Shown here one piece after another: positions 51,762 through 64,000 of a DNA stretch of 64,000 nucleotides. Source of the stretch: Lytechinus pictus (Eukaryota). The translations under genes and the position numbers were made by a program. Within the stretch, counting starts at the first letter, position 1. Every line of letters begins with the position of its first letter. The stretch covers positions 48,362,001 to 48,426,000 of the forward strand of contig NC_087251.1 of assembly GCF_037042905.1 (NCBI RefSeq), written 5' to 3'. Under the pieces are notes generated by a model, which did no database searches, was not told where the DNA came from, and worked only from the letters and a program-made list of their open reading frames with translations.

Positions 51762-54700
51762 CTATATGTCTCTATTTCATAAAACGTACACAAATATGGT
51801 TATTAGATCAATGTAATTTCAGGTAACTTGTTTTTTTTTTCAATCATTTTGTAAAAACCAGGGTGAGATATACACAAGTTTCAATGTTTTTTTTTTTTCA
51901 TCTGCAAGAGCAGTGCACATTTTAGCTTGCATGCAGCTTGAGCGCCGTGATGGGCGAGTGCGCCAAGCATTTTATTATGAAATACACTTTTTTGGGGGAA
52001 AATACAAAATATTTATCTCACACTGTAAAAATATCGATTTTTTTGGTCAAAATACTGATTTGGGGGGATAAGAATACTGAAAATGCAAAATACAACTTGG
52101 CAGCTCTGTAATTATACAATAATAAAGCATTCTCTTTCTCATGTGAATAGGAAGGACCAAAGCCAAGCTTTATTCCAGTGACATCAGACGTCTATCTTAG
52201 CAACAAGTTAGATCCACTGTGGGCATCACCGGTCCCCACAGGGATCAGTAAATATCCATTTCAATTGGAGCAACTCATTCTTCCGTTTCTTTTTGGCAGG
52301 TTTGTAATTAAACAAAATATTCTCAATTATCATTTTAATAGTTTGATGTATTTTGTAGAATGCTTCCAAAATCATTGAATGTCTTTTAAATAATGACTTT
52401 GAATTTTTGAGGGATATCATGAACTCCTCACCCCAGCCGCCCCCTTAATAAATGAAAGGTAAGGACAAAACTGATCATCCCTTTCTATTTTTTTAAAGAT
52501 TTTTCTTGAAAGTTTTCCCCAAATCCACTCCGAAGTATGCAACAAATTATGCAGTTTCAAGAAGAAAAAAAATGCCTTAATTTCCACCTGAAAAATATTA
52601 GCTTATATATCCTAAAGGGAAATCAATCCATTGAAAATATATTGGTTTCATGATTGAGCGTGAAATGCAAGGGGGATGATGAAGTGTATATGTCATAATG
52701 AAACATATATCACCAACATTTTACTCTCATTTTAAGTTATTCTGTAAAAGTTTGTTTACATTATATCATTGAACATCAAATTGGTTTTTTTCTGAATAAA
52801 ACAGGACATTTCTAAATCCTTTAGAGGTTGCTTCTGTGAACATCCTATTCCTTAACATTTTAGGATGTCACTTGAAAAATTGGACCAAGGGAGCATGTCA
52901 TGAAGAGTATTGATCAGTAATTTTCACAGATTAAAGGGGAATCCAGCCTTGGCCATAAAATGTGTTGGGGAGGAGAAAATTAGATTAAACAGAGTGGTAA
53001 AAGTTTGAAAGAAATCGGGCAAGCAATAAGAAAGTTATAGCTGCTATAAAATTGAGATCATGATACAATGTAGATTTCAAATTGGCAACTGGGTAAGTAA
53101 ATTATGACAAGGGGCAAGGACAACTTTCCCATAGGCCATGTACTTAATTATTAGGGATTTGTGGTTTTCTCCTAAGTACCCATTCCCCTGGGGCAGTAAT
53201 CTAAATGTAACCCAGATAGTATATTGTTTTATGTCCTCATGAAAGAAAAATATAACTTGAAATAAAACTTTTGGGAAAATGACATATTAGCCATTATATG
53301 TATTGGAGTACATGGAAGAGTAGTCCTTGTCTTACATCACTATGACACCTCATATTCGGCCAATTTGAAGGCTCCATTGGTATAGTGATTACCAATATTT
53401 ACAACTTTTAAAAAAATCATAACTTTCTTATTGTTTGTCCAATATTGTTCGAACTTTCACCTATCAACTTATCTGATTTTTCTTTTTTCTTATAAAAGCA
53501 AGTTCTTATTTGGGTTGGATTCCCCTTTAATTTGCTCTTAGCCAATCAGATGCAAGGATTACCTAGAGCTTATAACCTCACTGACAAACATCTCCATTGC
53601 AGGGTCCAGTGTGAAAGACTACCCTCATCCATTCTCTTGACCGGTCCTGCTGGGAGTGGTAAAGCTACCGCTGTGAAAGCCGTTTGCCGTCAGCTCAACA
53701 TGCACTGCATCAATGTCAACTGCTATGATCTTCTCGCTGATACCTCTGCAGCTACTGAGGCTAAAGTCAGGAATACATTCTTTAAAGGTAGCATGAAAAA
53801 CTGGTTAATTATTTCAGTTTTAATTCAGTTCAAATAAACATAGTTCAGATTGTAAATTTCCCCTAAATACTAAATGGCTTATTAAACTTCAGCTCCACGA
53901 TCTCCTTGCTGACATCTCCGCAGCTACCAGGCTAAAGTCAGGAATACATTCTTCAAAGGTAGCATGAAAAATTGGTTAATTATTTCAGTTTTAATTCAGT
54001 TCAAATAAACGTAGTTCAGATTGTAAATTTCCCCTAAATACAAAATGGCTTAACTTCAGCTCCACGATCTCCTTGCTGACACCTCCGCAGCTACCAGGCT
54101 AAAGTCAGGAATACAGTCTTCAAAGGGAGCATTCAAAATTGGTCAATTATTTCAGCCTGAATGCAATTTAAATGAACATATCACCAAATTTAACCTTGCC
54201 CCTAAATCAAAATGGCTCAACTTGTCTTTTTTTGCCTAAATTAATTAAATTGTTCTTGCACTAGTTGACAAACTTCTGGGAGGACAAATTAAAAATATAT
54301 CCATTTGATCATACATTTGTCAGCCCATGTAAGGCAAAATTGCTATTTTTTTAAATTCACAAGATTGTTTGTCAGAATTGATATTGGCATACTCCTTTCC
54401 TGATGAATATTCAAGGGTTGTGCTTGTTTATATTCTCACTATCTTGGCTCATTCTTGAACTATCAGATTTTTAATAGGAAAATGAATGAACACAAGTTTG
54501 GGGGGAAATTGAAGTCAGGCCAGATCTTTAAAAGATAAGTTGAAAAAGAAACAGACCAAACAGTTAAAAACATTATCAAATTATGTTTTATAAACATATG
54601 ATGTAATTTTGATTTCATGGTTTAATGATTACATGTTGAAATAACAATAAATATAGTATTTACTTGTCTGCTGTGCCATGAACTGTTAAAAATGAATAGT

Positions 54701-57700
54701 GATAGCTTTAAATTTTGATGTGTGCTCTCTGGTGTGGCTTCAGATATCAATTTCATTCTTATAATAGAAAGTGAGTGTGGAAACACTTTTACCAAGTCAC
54801 TTTGCTCAATTTTTTTTTGTTAAAATACTTTGCCATTTTGATTTTTTAGGGAACTTAATTTTTGTGTTGTATTGAGGTTTATTTGCAAACTGATGAAAAG
54901 GCTTATGTCTTGATACAAATGGCAGCTACAGTGTTGATGCATTTTTTTATATATATATATATAAGTTTTTTAGGTAGAGATATACTTTGTAATCAATGTG
55001 CTCCAACACTAAACAAGAACATTACTGATTCAATATCTTAAAAAGAAAAGAATTTGAAGTTTATAGTCTATATATTCAATCTTTGATTCGTCTGATAATC
55101 TATCAGGTTTAGGTCACAAATGATGGACAGCAGAAATTTCTTTGAAGGAATTATCCTACTGTCCTAAGACTAAACGGGCTTATTGAATACATCCTGTTCA
55201 TTGTGATACCTTACTTTCAAATAATTCAAAATCAATATAGTGTAATAGCACAGCCACCTGTAATTGCCTCAGCTTAAGTTCTGAAGTATTCACATTGTTC
55301 AAGACTATATTTATACCCACAATGCAATATTTGGTCATGTGGTCACATAGTCTCAGAATATACCTATTACTTTATAAATAATTCATTGCCACACTTTGTC
55401 ATTGATTCTACAAATTAATTGCAATGGTACAAATGTAAATTATTGGTAATCAAAGTGTGAGAAGTACTTGTATTGAGGGTCAAAAAGTTAGTTAGGTCTA
55501 GATAATAAGATTATACAGATATTACCTACTTAGAGTTTGAATATAACATTTCTTCTCCCCGACGGAGTTATATTTTTCCCAAGGGATTATATTTTGCCCA
55601 AAGCGCACAGCGCTGAGGGAAAATATTCTCCCGAGGGAAAAATATAGGTTCGGAGGGGAGTTGAAATGTTATTTATTTAAACGATAGACCAGGCAATATC
55701 TGTTATATTATAGTCTATGTGGATTCGCCATCAGAGATTGCATTCATCATCTGGCTTCAACCTGAAATTCTTGCTACAGCTCTGATCCATCTACGTCATA
55801 ATGGAATTTAAAAATAAAATACATCAAGCGCGTTCTTCATGCAATCGACGCGTTAACACTAGCGTTTACACCCTGATTACGCAACTTGTGAGCAACTAGT
55901 GACGTCACCTTAGTGAATATAATGACGCAATTGACAATACAACGCAGTTATATTCACTGAGGTGACGTCAAAACCTACAATATAACAAATGTGATCCTCG
56001 CAGCTATGGTCACGTGTTGGCGTATTGACCTATCACTGATTCGAATCTACATAACCTATGTAATATAAATCAATAAAGCATTTCAACATTCCTACTAAAA
56101 CGCCTTATCTGAACTTTATTGATGCATAACAGAAGTACAGGGAACATTCATAAAAGGAGTTGGTGCTTCTCAGCCAAATCAAAATGAAGGAAATTAATGG
56201 GTCACATAGAACTATTTATACCCACATTGAGGCCATTATTTTCTTCTTTTTTATTCTCAGCTGGTATGAGTGTCCCCTGCATCATTCTACTTAGGAACAT
56301 ACATGCTATAGGCAGAGACCGAGAAGGGTCCGGAGATGGTATGTATGACAATAACAATAAAAAAAATAACAAAAACAATGATAATGATAGTAATATGCAA
56401 CATTTAAATTTGTTAGTACAATGTTTCTATTAAAGAGGAAGTTCACCCTGATGATAATTTTGTTTTAATACAAGCAGAAAATTTGAGAAAAATATTTGTG
56501 AAGGTTTGATGAAAATCTATCAAAGAACAAGAGAGATATGAATTTGATTTTTATTCCATTTGTGATGTCATATACTTGTAGCTCCCCCATATATCATGCA
56601 AATTTAATTCAATAAATTCCAATTTCATTGGAACATGATGAAGCGAAATCCCGGGGTGGGGGGGGGGGGAAGTACTTGAATTATAACATGATACCTATGT
56701 CCCACGCCAAAGTAAAAAAACATGGGGGCTCTGGAACTAAAACTTGGTCTTAAAACGGGGTTCTCCGAAACGGCTCTTGGATCTACGATTGCTAAAAATG
56801 CAATGCTCCGGAACTGACTACATAAAAACGGGGGTCCCCGGAACTCATTAGATCGTAGGCGTAATTGGTAGCGGCTGTGGGATAAAACATGCGCGTCTTG
56901 CTAGATTCATATAGACTAGCACTAGCTATTTTCTGGCGCGGGGAGCTTCAGGGATACGGCGCTGTGGCTCTGCGCTGATCGAGCTCGCCGCTCCGACCGG
57001 CTGAGTGGTTCATAATTGGCGTGCATTGGAACGAGAAATCACAAATTTGAGGGTCTCCGTAATGGGGAAATATAGCAATTTATATGGATTTCTGAATTGG
57101 TGATGCTCTGGAGTGGAAAATTGGCTGAAGGCTGAAAATGGGGGTCTCAATGGCGGCACATACGTACAGGTGTATCATGCATTTATACTTAGATCCCCCA
57201 GGAGCAAAATATATTCTTTTAGAAAAGGATATGAAATTATATGTCTCATGATGGCATATCTTCCTCACAATCAATTTTTTTAGAATTGCATTTTTGGAGT
57301 TCATATAATGCAACATATTGAGGAGCTGCTCGTATGTGACATTACAAAATCAGAACTTTGAACATTCGTAAATCTATAGTTCTTTGACTGATTTTCATTA
57401 AACCTTCAACATTTTATACATTATTTTTTAATCTATAAAATTACTTGTATTATTTTGTAGATGCCTAATTTGAATTTTTTGTGTCTTTTAAATCAAATTG
57501 TAAACTGTGACTTTTCAGAACTGAATGAATTATAGATTTAAAAAAAATGAATAGGTAATTCCTGGCAAAGCAACTTTTGTCACAGAAGTAAGAACCAGTT
57601 TTTAAAATCTCATTCATGAATAACATCTTGAGTATTGATTGTAGTCAAGATATAGATTTGAAATATTATCAATTTTCTTCACAATTACATGTACATTATG

Positions 57701-60700
57701 TTCACAGCCTTATCTTCAAAGAGTTGCGATAGATCTGAAATTACGAAGTTAAGGACGTTCCACAGTTATGTTTGTGCGCATTATGATCTGCGCATAGTTT
57801 ACACTCTGCGCGCTGACGTCACAATGGATGAACAAGTGATTAATTAGATGCGCGTATGTGCTGATTTTTCTCATCTTCTGCACTTTAACTGCAGATCCGA
57901 TGCGTTATTTCATGAAGCTAAAAAATGGAATTATTCCATGGACCATTCAAAAAAAGATTCTCTACAATTTCAAAATACTTTACTCTGCAGTGCTGCCAAG
58001 AATCACGAATATTACCCCGAGTTTGAATAAATGGTAGAGTGGTTTTGATTTTTTCTTCACATAGATACAAAGCATTCGGCGCATTTTTGGTGTTTTAAAA
58101 AGCACATTTGCTCTAATAAAATACTGATAGTTTAAAAACAAGCACATGAACCCCTATTTTTTAATGTTTGTTCCTCTTAGGTATACCTTCCTCTACAACT
58201 CTACAAATTTTGGTGAAAAGGACATGGATTTTGAATAAAGTGCAGCATTTATTGTACTTTTGTAGTTTGTTACTGAAATTTCACATTTTTTAGATTGGGA
58301 TTTTGTTATCTTTTACGCCATTTTTAAGAATTGACAGTGCTGTTAAACTTAAAATTGCAAACAAATAGCACTATAAATATATTCTCCATTCTAACGATAC
58401 AATTATTAACTCTCTTGCGAAATTTGATGACTTGTTCATGTATTTTGACTGAGTAATAGAGGTTTAAACTCATTGTAGTAATCTTGGGCGGTCTAAAAAT
58501 GCCAAATTCTTTTGAATGCGCAATTCTTAAGAACATCAATTTGGGTGAACTTTGAAGTTCTATAGCAAAAAATCAAGCACATGGACCTATGTTAATTTTT
58601 GCATATTTCGAATATTAAGGTTCTAAAGTATCTGTGTGCAAAGTTTGGTGAAAATGACATGGATTTCACTTTAACTGTGGAACGTTCTTAAATGATTTTA
58701 AAAGCCCTGTCACATCAGTCCCTTCAAGCCTTGGTACCCGCAGGTCGCCAGCAGTTGGTCCGCATTGACGGTATCTCGCACATATCTCACACGCAGTTGC
58801 CCGCAGAAGCGCACAGAAGTATGATTTGCACGCAGTAAAGTTTGGAGCATGCTCTAATTTGAATCTTTCACAATTTTTTAGTAAGATCTGGTAGGAATGA
58901 TGTTCTCGATTCAAGTCTCTTGCATGTGATTCATTGGGTTTATTCGTCAAATGCCAATTCGTCCAATTGTCAACTTGTCTACTATCATCTGGTCTACCAT
59001 CGGTTTGCCCACTCACCACATTGTCTACTGTCATTTAGTCTAATGCCATTCCGTCTAATAATCAGTTGGTCCAATCGCCATTTAGTCCATATACCATTTG
59101 GTCTAATTGAACTAAGGGTTAAATTGTGCAAAATGAATGAAAATGACATGGATATTAGACCAACTGGTTATGGGACGAAATGGTCATAGGTGACCATTAG
59201 ACGAAATGTTGATGGACAGAATGGCATTAGACTAAATGAAAGTAGACCATGTGGTGAGTGGACGAGTTGGCAGTAGACAATTTGGCAATTTACCTCCATA
59301 TGTACATGTACTGTATGTTACCTTTCTTTGTTTCAGACCTGAGAGTAGCAGCATACCTGAAAGAGACTATTAACAATCTCCATTCAACATATCCTGATTG
59401 GCCAATGATAGTCGTGGCAACAGCACCTTCGGCAAAGCGTGTGACAGCGGACATCCAGAGCTGCTTCCTACACCATTTGGGAATGGAGGTATTTTTCATT
59501 TAATTTTTGTTTTATTTTCATACTAATAGCTTCAATATGAAAAGTGTTTAATGTGTTGGTGAATGTATTAATCGTCAACATCAGCCTAGATTTATCAGCT
59601 CATATTGTTTAAATAGTGCACAGTCCACCATGAACTATTCGGTTTCTAGAAATCAAATGCAACTTGGTCTTTATTTAGTAAAACATGCCATTTAGGGATT
59701 TCAGCTTGATTTTGAGTGCTGTATTTAAATGCAACTCTTCTGCGATGGGGCCCTAGTCTGCTGGGCAAACCCTTCACTCAAGTAAAGGGTCTGAATTGCA
59801 GCCTACTCATGCCTTGTGTACTGAAGAACAGCAAGTTTTTATGTGCTAGTCTTTGCATAGAGGCGCACTTGTTGATCAAAGTTCCAATCAGGGTCTGTGC
59901 CTGCAGACTAAAGGCCCCTGATGTTATAATGATAGTGATAATAATAAATATGATAATAATATGGTGCCAAATTTAATCTGTAAAGTGCTCAAGGTGCCTT
60001 TCAAGAATAGTTAAAGGAAGTTAAGAGGAATTGAACAGAAATCTTGTACAAATCACCTTTCATATTCGTCTTTATCGCTCCATCACAAGTGCAGCACTGA
60101 ATACAGCTATAACAATCATCTTGCACATAACATGATGCAATTTTAACCCTTTGAACCCGTTAGGCCGGAATACCGGCCCACCAGTAAACGCACATATACC
60201 CGATAGGCCGGAATACCGGCCTACAGCCATGTGACTTCAAAACATGGATTCTAAATGTCAGGTGATCTTTTCAAAATGACGTCATCTTTCTAGTACGTGT
60301 AGGAATATTTAGTCGATAATTTCAGTCAAGGTTGGTGATGATTTCGGAAGGATTTAGCATAAAAAATGGCCCAAATATGCCACTTTTTTATGGTTGCTCG
60401 TGTCGTGTGTGCGGTAACACACGGTGTAATATGCGGCGAGTCACGTGCTTACTATGGGGAAACAATTGGTATATCTGACTTTGGTGAAAACAGTGATTTT
60501 GAGCCCAAAACAGACACTAAAGTTGATATTTCTGTTTGTAGACTAGGTCTACGAGAAGGTAAATAACGTCAGCCGGCTCGGTCCGGGTACTAGCGGGGGG
60601 AAGATGCCGTTGGATCTCGAATCATGGGAGTTTGTGAATGTGGTCAATATGTGCAAATAATTCAGGGTATAGGTCACCACCGCCCCTAATAATTCAGGGT

Positions 60701-61074
60701 TCAAAGGGTTAACCAATCACAATGCTTATTTCACATTCACAATTACATACTATTAGTAAATGTATATGATATGTATTTTCTTCCACTTATAACTTTTGTT
60801 TGCACTCTGCCTTGCTTTTTCTGTTTCATTGATCATCTTATGTCTCTTTCACTACCTCTTTCTTTCCCTTCTCTCCACCCTTATTTTACTCTCTTACTTT
60901 TCTCAAATTCTTCCAGTTCAGTAATATCTCCTCCAATATATGTATTTTCTTTCTTCCGATGTATTTTCCAAGGTTCCCAATGAGCAGGAGAGGTGTGACA
61001 TATTGCAAGCCCTTTGTGAGAAGGTGTCTTTGGCAGCTGATGTTGAGATACCCCACATTGCTAAAAGAACAGCC
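46154..61074 (+). CDS. PEX6: Peroxisomal AAA+ ATPase PEX6, first 8 coding exons (3'-partial, 883 codons in window)
   Basis: join(46154-47776, 49563-49738, 50730-50913, 52151-52299, 53603-53787, 56261-56338, 59337-59488, 60973-61074) with consistent phases. PEX6-like segments: PPIATAVHLSLIKSPHY, RLLSKGDV, LLTGPAGSGKAT, IGRDREGSGDDLRV, ERCDILQAL...IAKRTA. The D1 Walker motifs are degenerate (Walker B region IILLRN), as expected for PEX6 D1. Confidence 0.92.
47986..49416 (+). mobile_element. HINE family A copy in PEX6 intron 1, ~8 repeats
   Basis: Same termini and monomer as 666-1950; lacks the unique spacer. Confidence 0.75.
49563..49738 (+). CDS. PEX6: PEX6 exon 2 (GC donor)
   Basis: TTTAG acceptor; LATDELEEY...KPPIATAVHLSLIKSPHYPMTSQFDDAIKKYFSVT; donor AG|GCAAGT. 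Confidence 0.85.
50092..50688. mobile_element. TTAA MITE, same family
   Basis: Same TIRs and body; TTAA on both sides. Confidence 0.8.
50730..50913 (+). CDS. PEX6: PEX6 exon 3
   Basis: TTTACAG acceptor; LLSKGDVISFS...YLVNVLHTTVYQ; GTTTGT donor. Confidence 0.9.
51632..52108. mobile_element. MITE CAGAGCTGCC...GGCAGCTCTG
   Basis: Short TIRs flanked by TAATTA on both sides. Confidence 0.65.
52151..52299 (+). CDS. PEX6: PEX6 exon 4
   Basis: AATAG acceptor; EGPKPSFIPV...PLWASPVPTGISKYPFQLEQLILPFLFG; GTTTGT donor. Confidence 0.85.
52935..53526. mobile_element. TTAA-flanked MITE (same family as 30922-31516)
   Basis: Same TIRs and body. Confidence 0.85.
53603..53787 (+). CDS. PEX6: PEX6 exon 5 (D1 Walker A)
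   Basis: TTGCAG acceptor; SILLTGPAGSGKATAVKAVCRQLNMH...NTFFK; GTAGCA donor. Confidence 0.92.
53727..54220 (+). repeat. Three tandem ~170-bp units covering the PEX6 exon 5 3' end and donor
   Basis: GCTAAAGTCAGGAATAC recurs at ~53760, ~53931 and ~54097. Confidence 0.9.
56261..56338 (+). CDS. PEX6: PEX6 exon 6
   Basis: TTCTCAG acceptor; GMSVPCIILLRNIHAIGRDREGSGD; GTATGT donor. Confidence 0.9.
56650..57202. mobile_element. CCCGGG-terminated DNA element nested in a decayed MITE
   Basis: 8-bp TSD AGCGAAAT/AGCAAAAT; repeated GGGTCTCCGGAAC-like motifs; host MITE starts TTAAAGAGGAAGTTCACCCTG at ~56430. Confidence 0.6.
57753..58687. mobile_element. TTAA-flanked element (Kolobok-like)
   Basis: TTAA|GGACGTTCCACAGTTA...TAACTGTGGAACGTTC|TTAA. 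Confidence 0.75.
59337..59488 (+). CDS. PEX6: PEX6 exon 7
   Basis: TTTCAG acceptor; LRVAAYL...WPMIVVATA...IQSCFLHHLGME; GTATTT donor. Confidence 0.9.
60147..60708. mobile_element. piggyBac-like MITE
   Basis: TTAA|CCCTTTGAACCC...GGGTTCAAAGGG|TTAA. Confidence 0.8.
60973..61074 (+). CDS. PEX6: PEX6 exon 8
   Basis: TTCCAAG acceptor; VPNEQERCDILQALCEKVSLAADVEIPHIAKRTA; GTAAGT donor. Confidence 0.9.
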
Positions 61075-61093
61075 GTAAGTAATCATGATTTAA

Positions 61094-61891
61094 CCCCTAT
61101 TGAAACTTAAACGGGGGGGGGGGGGTCAATTTGTCCCCCCTCACCAAATTTCATCGCTATTCCGCTGCACAATTTTTTTTTACCGCGCCGCTCGCTGACT
61201 TTTTACTTTCAAGTCTTGCGCATATTTTGAGACCAAATTTGCGACGCCCGGGTACGCGGTTTCGAAATTACGCAATATTTGTAAGTGCATGTCAGTCCCA
61301 AAATTGCTCAAAAACGTGATTCCATGTACAAAGTCAATGCAAATTGTGTTTATCAACCAAAAATCATAAATGTATGATTATGTTTACTTTTGTTGGTTTA
61401 GATGGATTTATTTTATGTCATTTATGATCGCTTACAAAATAAAACCTTCGTTTTTTATTGTTTTTTATGAACAAAGTTCATAAAAAACAATAAAAAACGA
61501 AGGTTTGAAAAAAAACAAAGAAATACATAAGAATATAAAAAAAACAATGAAACACATTATTTTTGGGCAATCATTTTTTTCGATGTTTGATAGAAATGTA
61601 AAAATTGACATGTTCACCAAAAAATAGCATTCTACTAGCTACATTAAGTGAGTTAAAGGCAAAAACATATACAAAAAAACAAATTAAGAGCAAATTTCAT
61701 ACGCTTATTTGCATAATTAATTGATAAGAAAATATAAGCAATTAATTTTTTTTTTAATTTTACGATACAGTCTTGTAGATTTCATCTGGCTCCACGCGCG
61801 TGCAAATTTTTGAGGCGATCGTTCGATCAACGGCTGAGATCTTAGGGGGGCTCAGTATATTCTGGTCTGAAATAGCCCAGTTAAGATAGGG
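61094..61891. mobile_element. piggyBac-like MITE
   Basis: TTAA|CCCCTAT...ATAGGG|TTAA. Confidence 0.7.
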
Positions 61892-62695
61892 TTAATATCT
61901 TGGGCCCGTTTCATAAAACCTGTTTTAATAACAATTTTACAATAACAGTTTAAAGCTACTAAGATGATTCAGTTTGATTGGCTGACAGTGAACTTGTAAT
62001 TTACATGTAAATTGTACATAAGATATTCAATTCCTTTGAAACGGGACACAGAGTACCTTATTTGGTTTGCAGGAGGCAGCAGCATCTATAGGTTCACAAC
62101 CTCCGTGCGCATGCAGGAAACTCGGGATTCATACTGCAGTGGATGGTGGCAGTTCGGCCGTTGCTAACCATTTGCTGAGCAATTAAGCATGTGCAGATCG
62201 ATATTGTTCATCTTGGTTTAAGATGCTCAGCTGAGCAAGGAGATTCACGCACCTACACATGCTCGAAGCAGCATTCATTCACCAGGCAAAATACTATGTT
62301 ATTTTGGGGACTACTTTTCACGACCTACTACATGTGTACCTAAATCTGCAACATTGGATGGGTTTTAACATTGCAGTGAATGAGGACTTCAAGGTCTCTA
62401 TTTCATTTTCCAGGCCTCTCTTGAGCATTTTAGGGGCAAAATCGCCCCCAGCTCACCTGTAATTTTTTCCCTGGACCCCATTCTGTGCCGACGAAAGGAA
62501 TTTGTAAGAACCTTTGCGTTAATTAGTTGCTAATGCTTGAATTAATGTTTGTTTACTAAGCCTAATTTGTTTACCTTGACAGTAAATCACAGCTCATCAT
62601 TTCGCGTCCACAGTATTTTTCAATTCTATATTGTTTTTTTTTCAAGCTTTATGTTTATTCATTCAACTGTATGTTGAAAAACTTCATTATATCAG

Positions 62696-64000
62696 TTTTT
62701 GTCTCCCCTGCATAGCAGAGCGAGACTATAGGCGCCGCTTTACCGACGGCGATAGCGGCGGCGTCAACATCAAATCTTAACCTAAGGTTAAGTTTTTGAA
62801 ATGACATCATAACTTAGAAAGTATATGGACCTAGTTCATTAAACTTCGACATAAGGTTAATCAAGTATTACTGAACATCTTGCCTGAGTTTCAGGTCACA
62901 TGACCAAGGTCAAAGGTCATTTAGGGTCAATGAACTTAGACCATGTTGGGAGAATTATTTTCAAAATCTTAACCGAAGGTTTAGTTTTTGAAATGACATC
63001 ATAACTTAGAAAGCATATGGACCTAGTTCATGAAACTTGGGCATAAGGTTAATCAAGTATTAGTAAACATCCTGCTCGAGTTTCAGGTCACATGACCAAG
63101 GTCAGAGGTCATTTAGGGTCAAAGAACGTTGGTCAAGTTGGGGGTATTTGTTGAATTACTATCATAACTTTGAAAATTTATGGATCTAGTTCATGAAACT
63201 TGGGCATAAGGTTAATCAAGTATTAGTGAACATCCTGCTCGAGTTTCAGGTCACATGACCAAGGTCAAAGGTCATTTAGGGTCAATGAACTTTGGCAAAG
63301 TTGGGGGTATTTGTTGAATTACCATCATAACTTTGAAAATTTATGGATCTAGTTCATGAAACTTAGACATTAAGTTAATCAAGTACCACTGAATATCCTG
63401 TGCGTGTTTCAGGTCACATGACCATGGTCAATGGTCATTTAAGGTCAATGAACTTTGGCCGTGTTGGGGGTATTTGTTAAATTACCATCCTAACTCTGAA
63501 AGTTTATGGATCTAGTTCATAAAACTTGGACATAAGAGTAATCAAGTATCACTGAACATCCTGTACGAGTTTCAGGTCACATGACCATGGTCAAAGGTCA
63601 TTAAAGGTCAATAAACTTTGGCCATGTTGGGGGTATTTGTTGAATTACCATCCTAACTATGAAAGTTTATGGATCTAGTTCATAAAACTTGGGATACAAG
63701 AGTAATCAAGTATCACTTAACATCCCCTGTGAGTTTCAGGTCACAAAACCAAGGTCAAAGGTCAGTTAAGGTCAATAAATTTAGGCCATGTTGGGGTAAT
63801 TATTGAATTGCCATCATAACTTTGAAAGTTTATGGATAGAGTGAATGAAATGTGGACATGGGTGTAGTTGACAAGTCTTAAGTCACCGTTCAAATGTCAT
63901 TTATGGTCAATGAATGTGGTATTATGTCATTATATGAATGGTGTTTTTGTGAATGATTATTTTATAGTAGTTTTCAAAGTTAGCACTGCTGCTATATTAA
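62696..64000 (+). mobile_element. HINE family B copy (3' end just beyond the window)
   Basis: Same 5' terminus and ~163-bp monomer as 41745-43742. Confidence 0.75.

Noticed and set aside
61900..62690. Possible PEX6 exon 9
   Set aside because: No acceptor followed by the expected GFxxGDL-like continuation was found; the next exon probably lies beyond the window.

Overview
AT-rich, intron-rich animal genomic DNA. The repeat repertoire suggests a marine invertebrate, probably a sea urchin (inference only). There are two spliced protein-coding genes arranged head-to-head. On the minus strand is a complete 9-coding-exon gene (25681->13989, 543 aa as reconstructed by hand). It encodes an N-terminal transmembrane helix, a Cys/His-rich putative zinc finger resembling the SHI/STY and DUS1L C-terminal motif, about 10 leucine-rich repeats, and an LRRC58/LRRC69-like C-terminus with a BC-box-like motif. 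Its probable non-coding first exon lies near 45.6-45.8 kb. On the plus strand are the first 8 coding exons of PEX6 (46154->61074), including a GC-AG intron; the gene continues past the window. The remainder is dense in non-autonomous transposons: two Helentron/HINE-like families carrying tandem arrays rich in nuclear-receptor motifs, many MITEs, tRNA-derived SINEs, a LINE 3' remnant, a hAT remnant with a broken BED finger, and a four-level nested insertion. TACATGTA is strongly over-represented, and comparisons between repeat copies show it is a 6-bp insertion at TA sites, matching a Tc1/mariner excision footprint. Most short ORFs in the supplied track are spurious.
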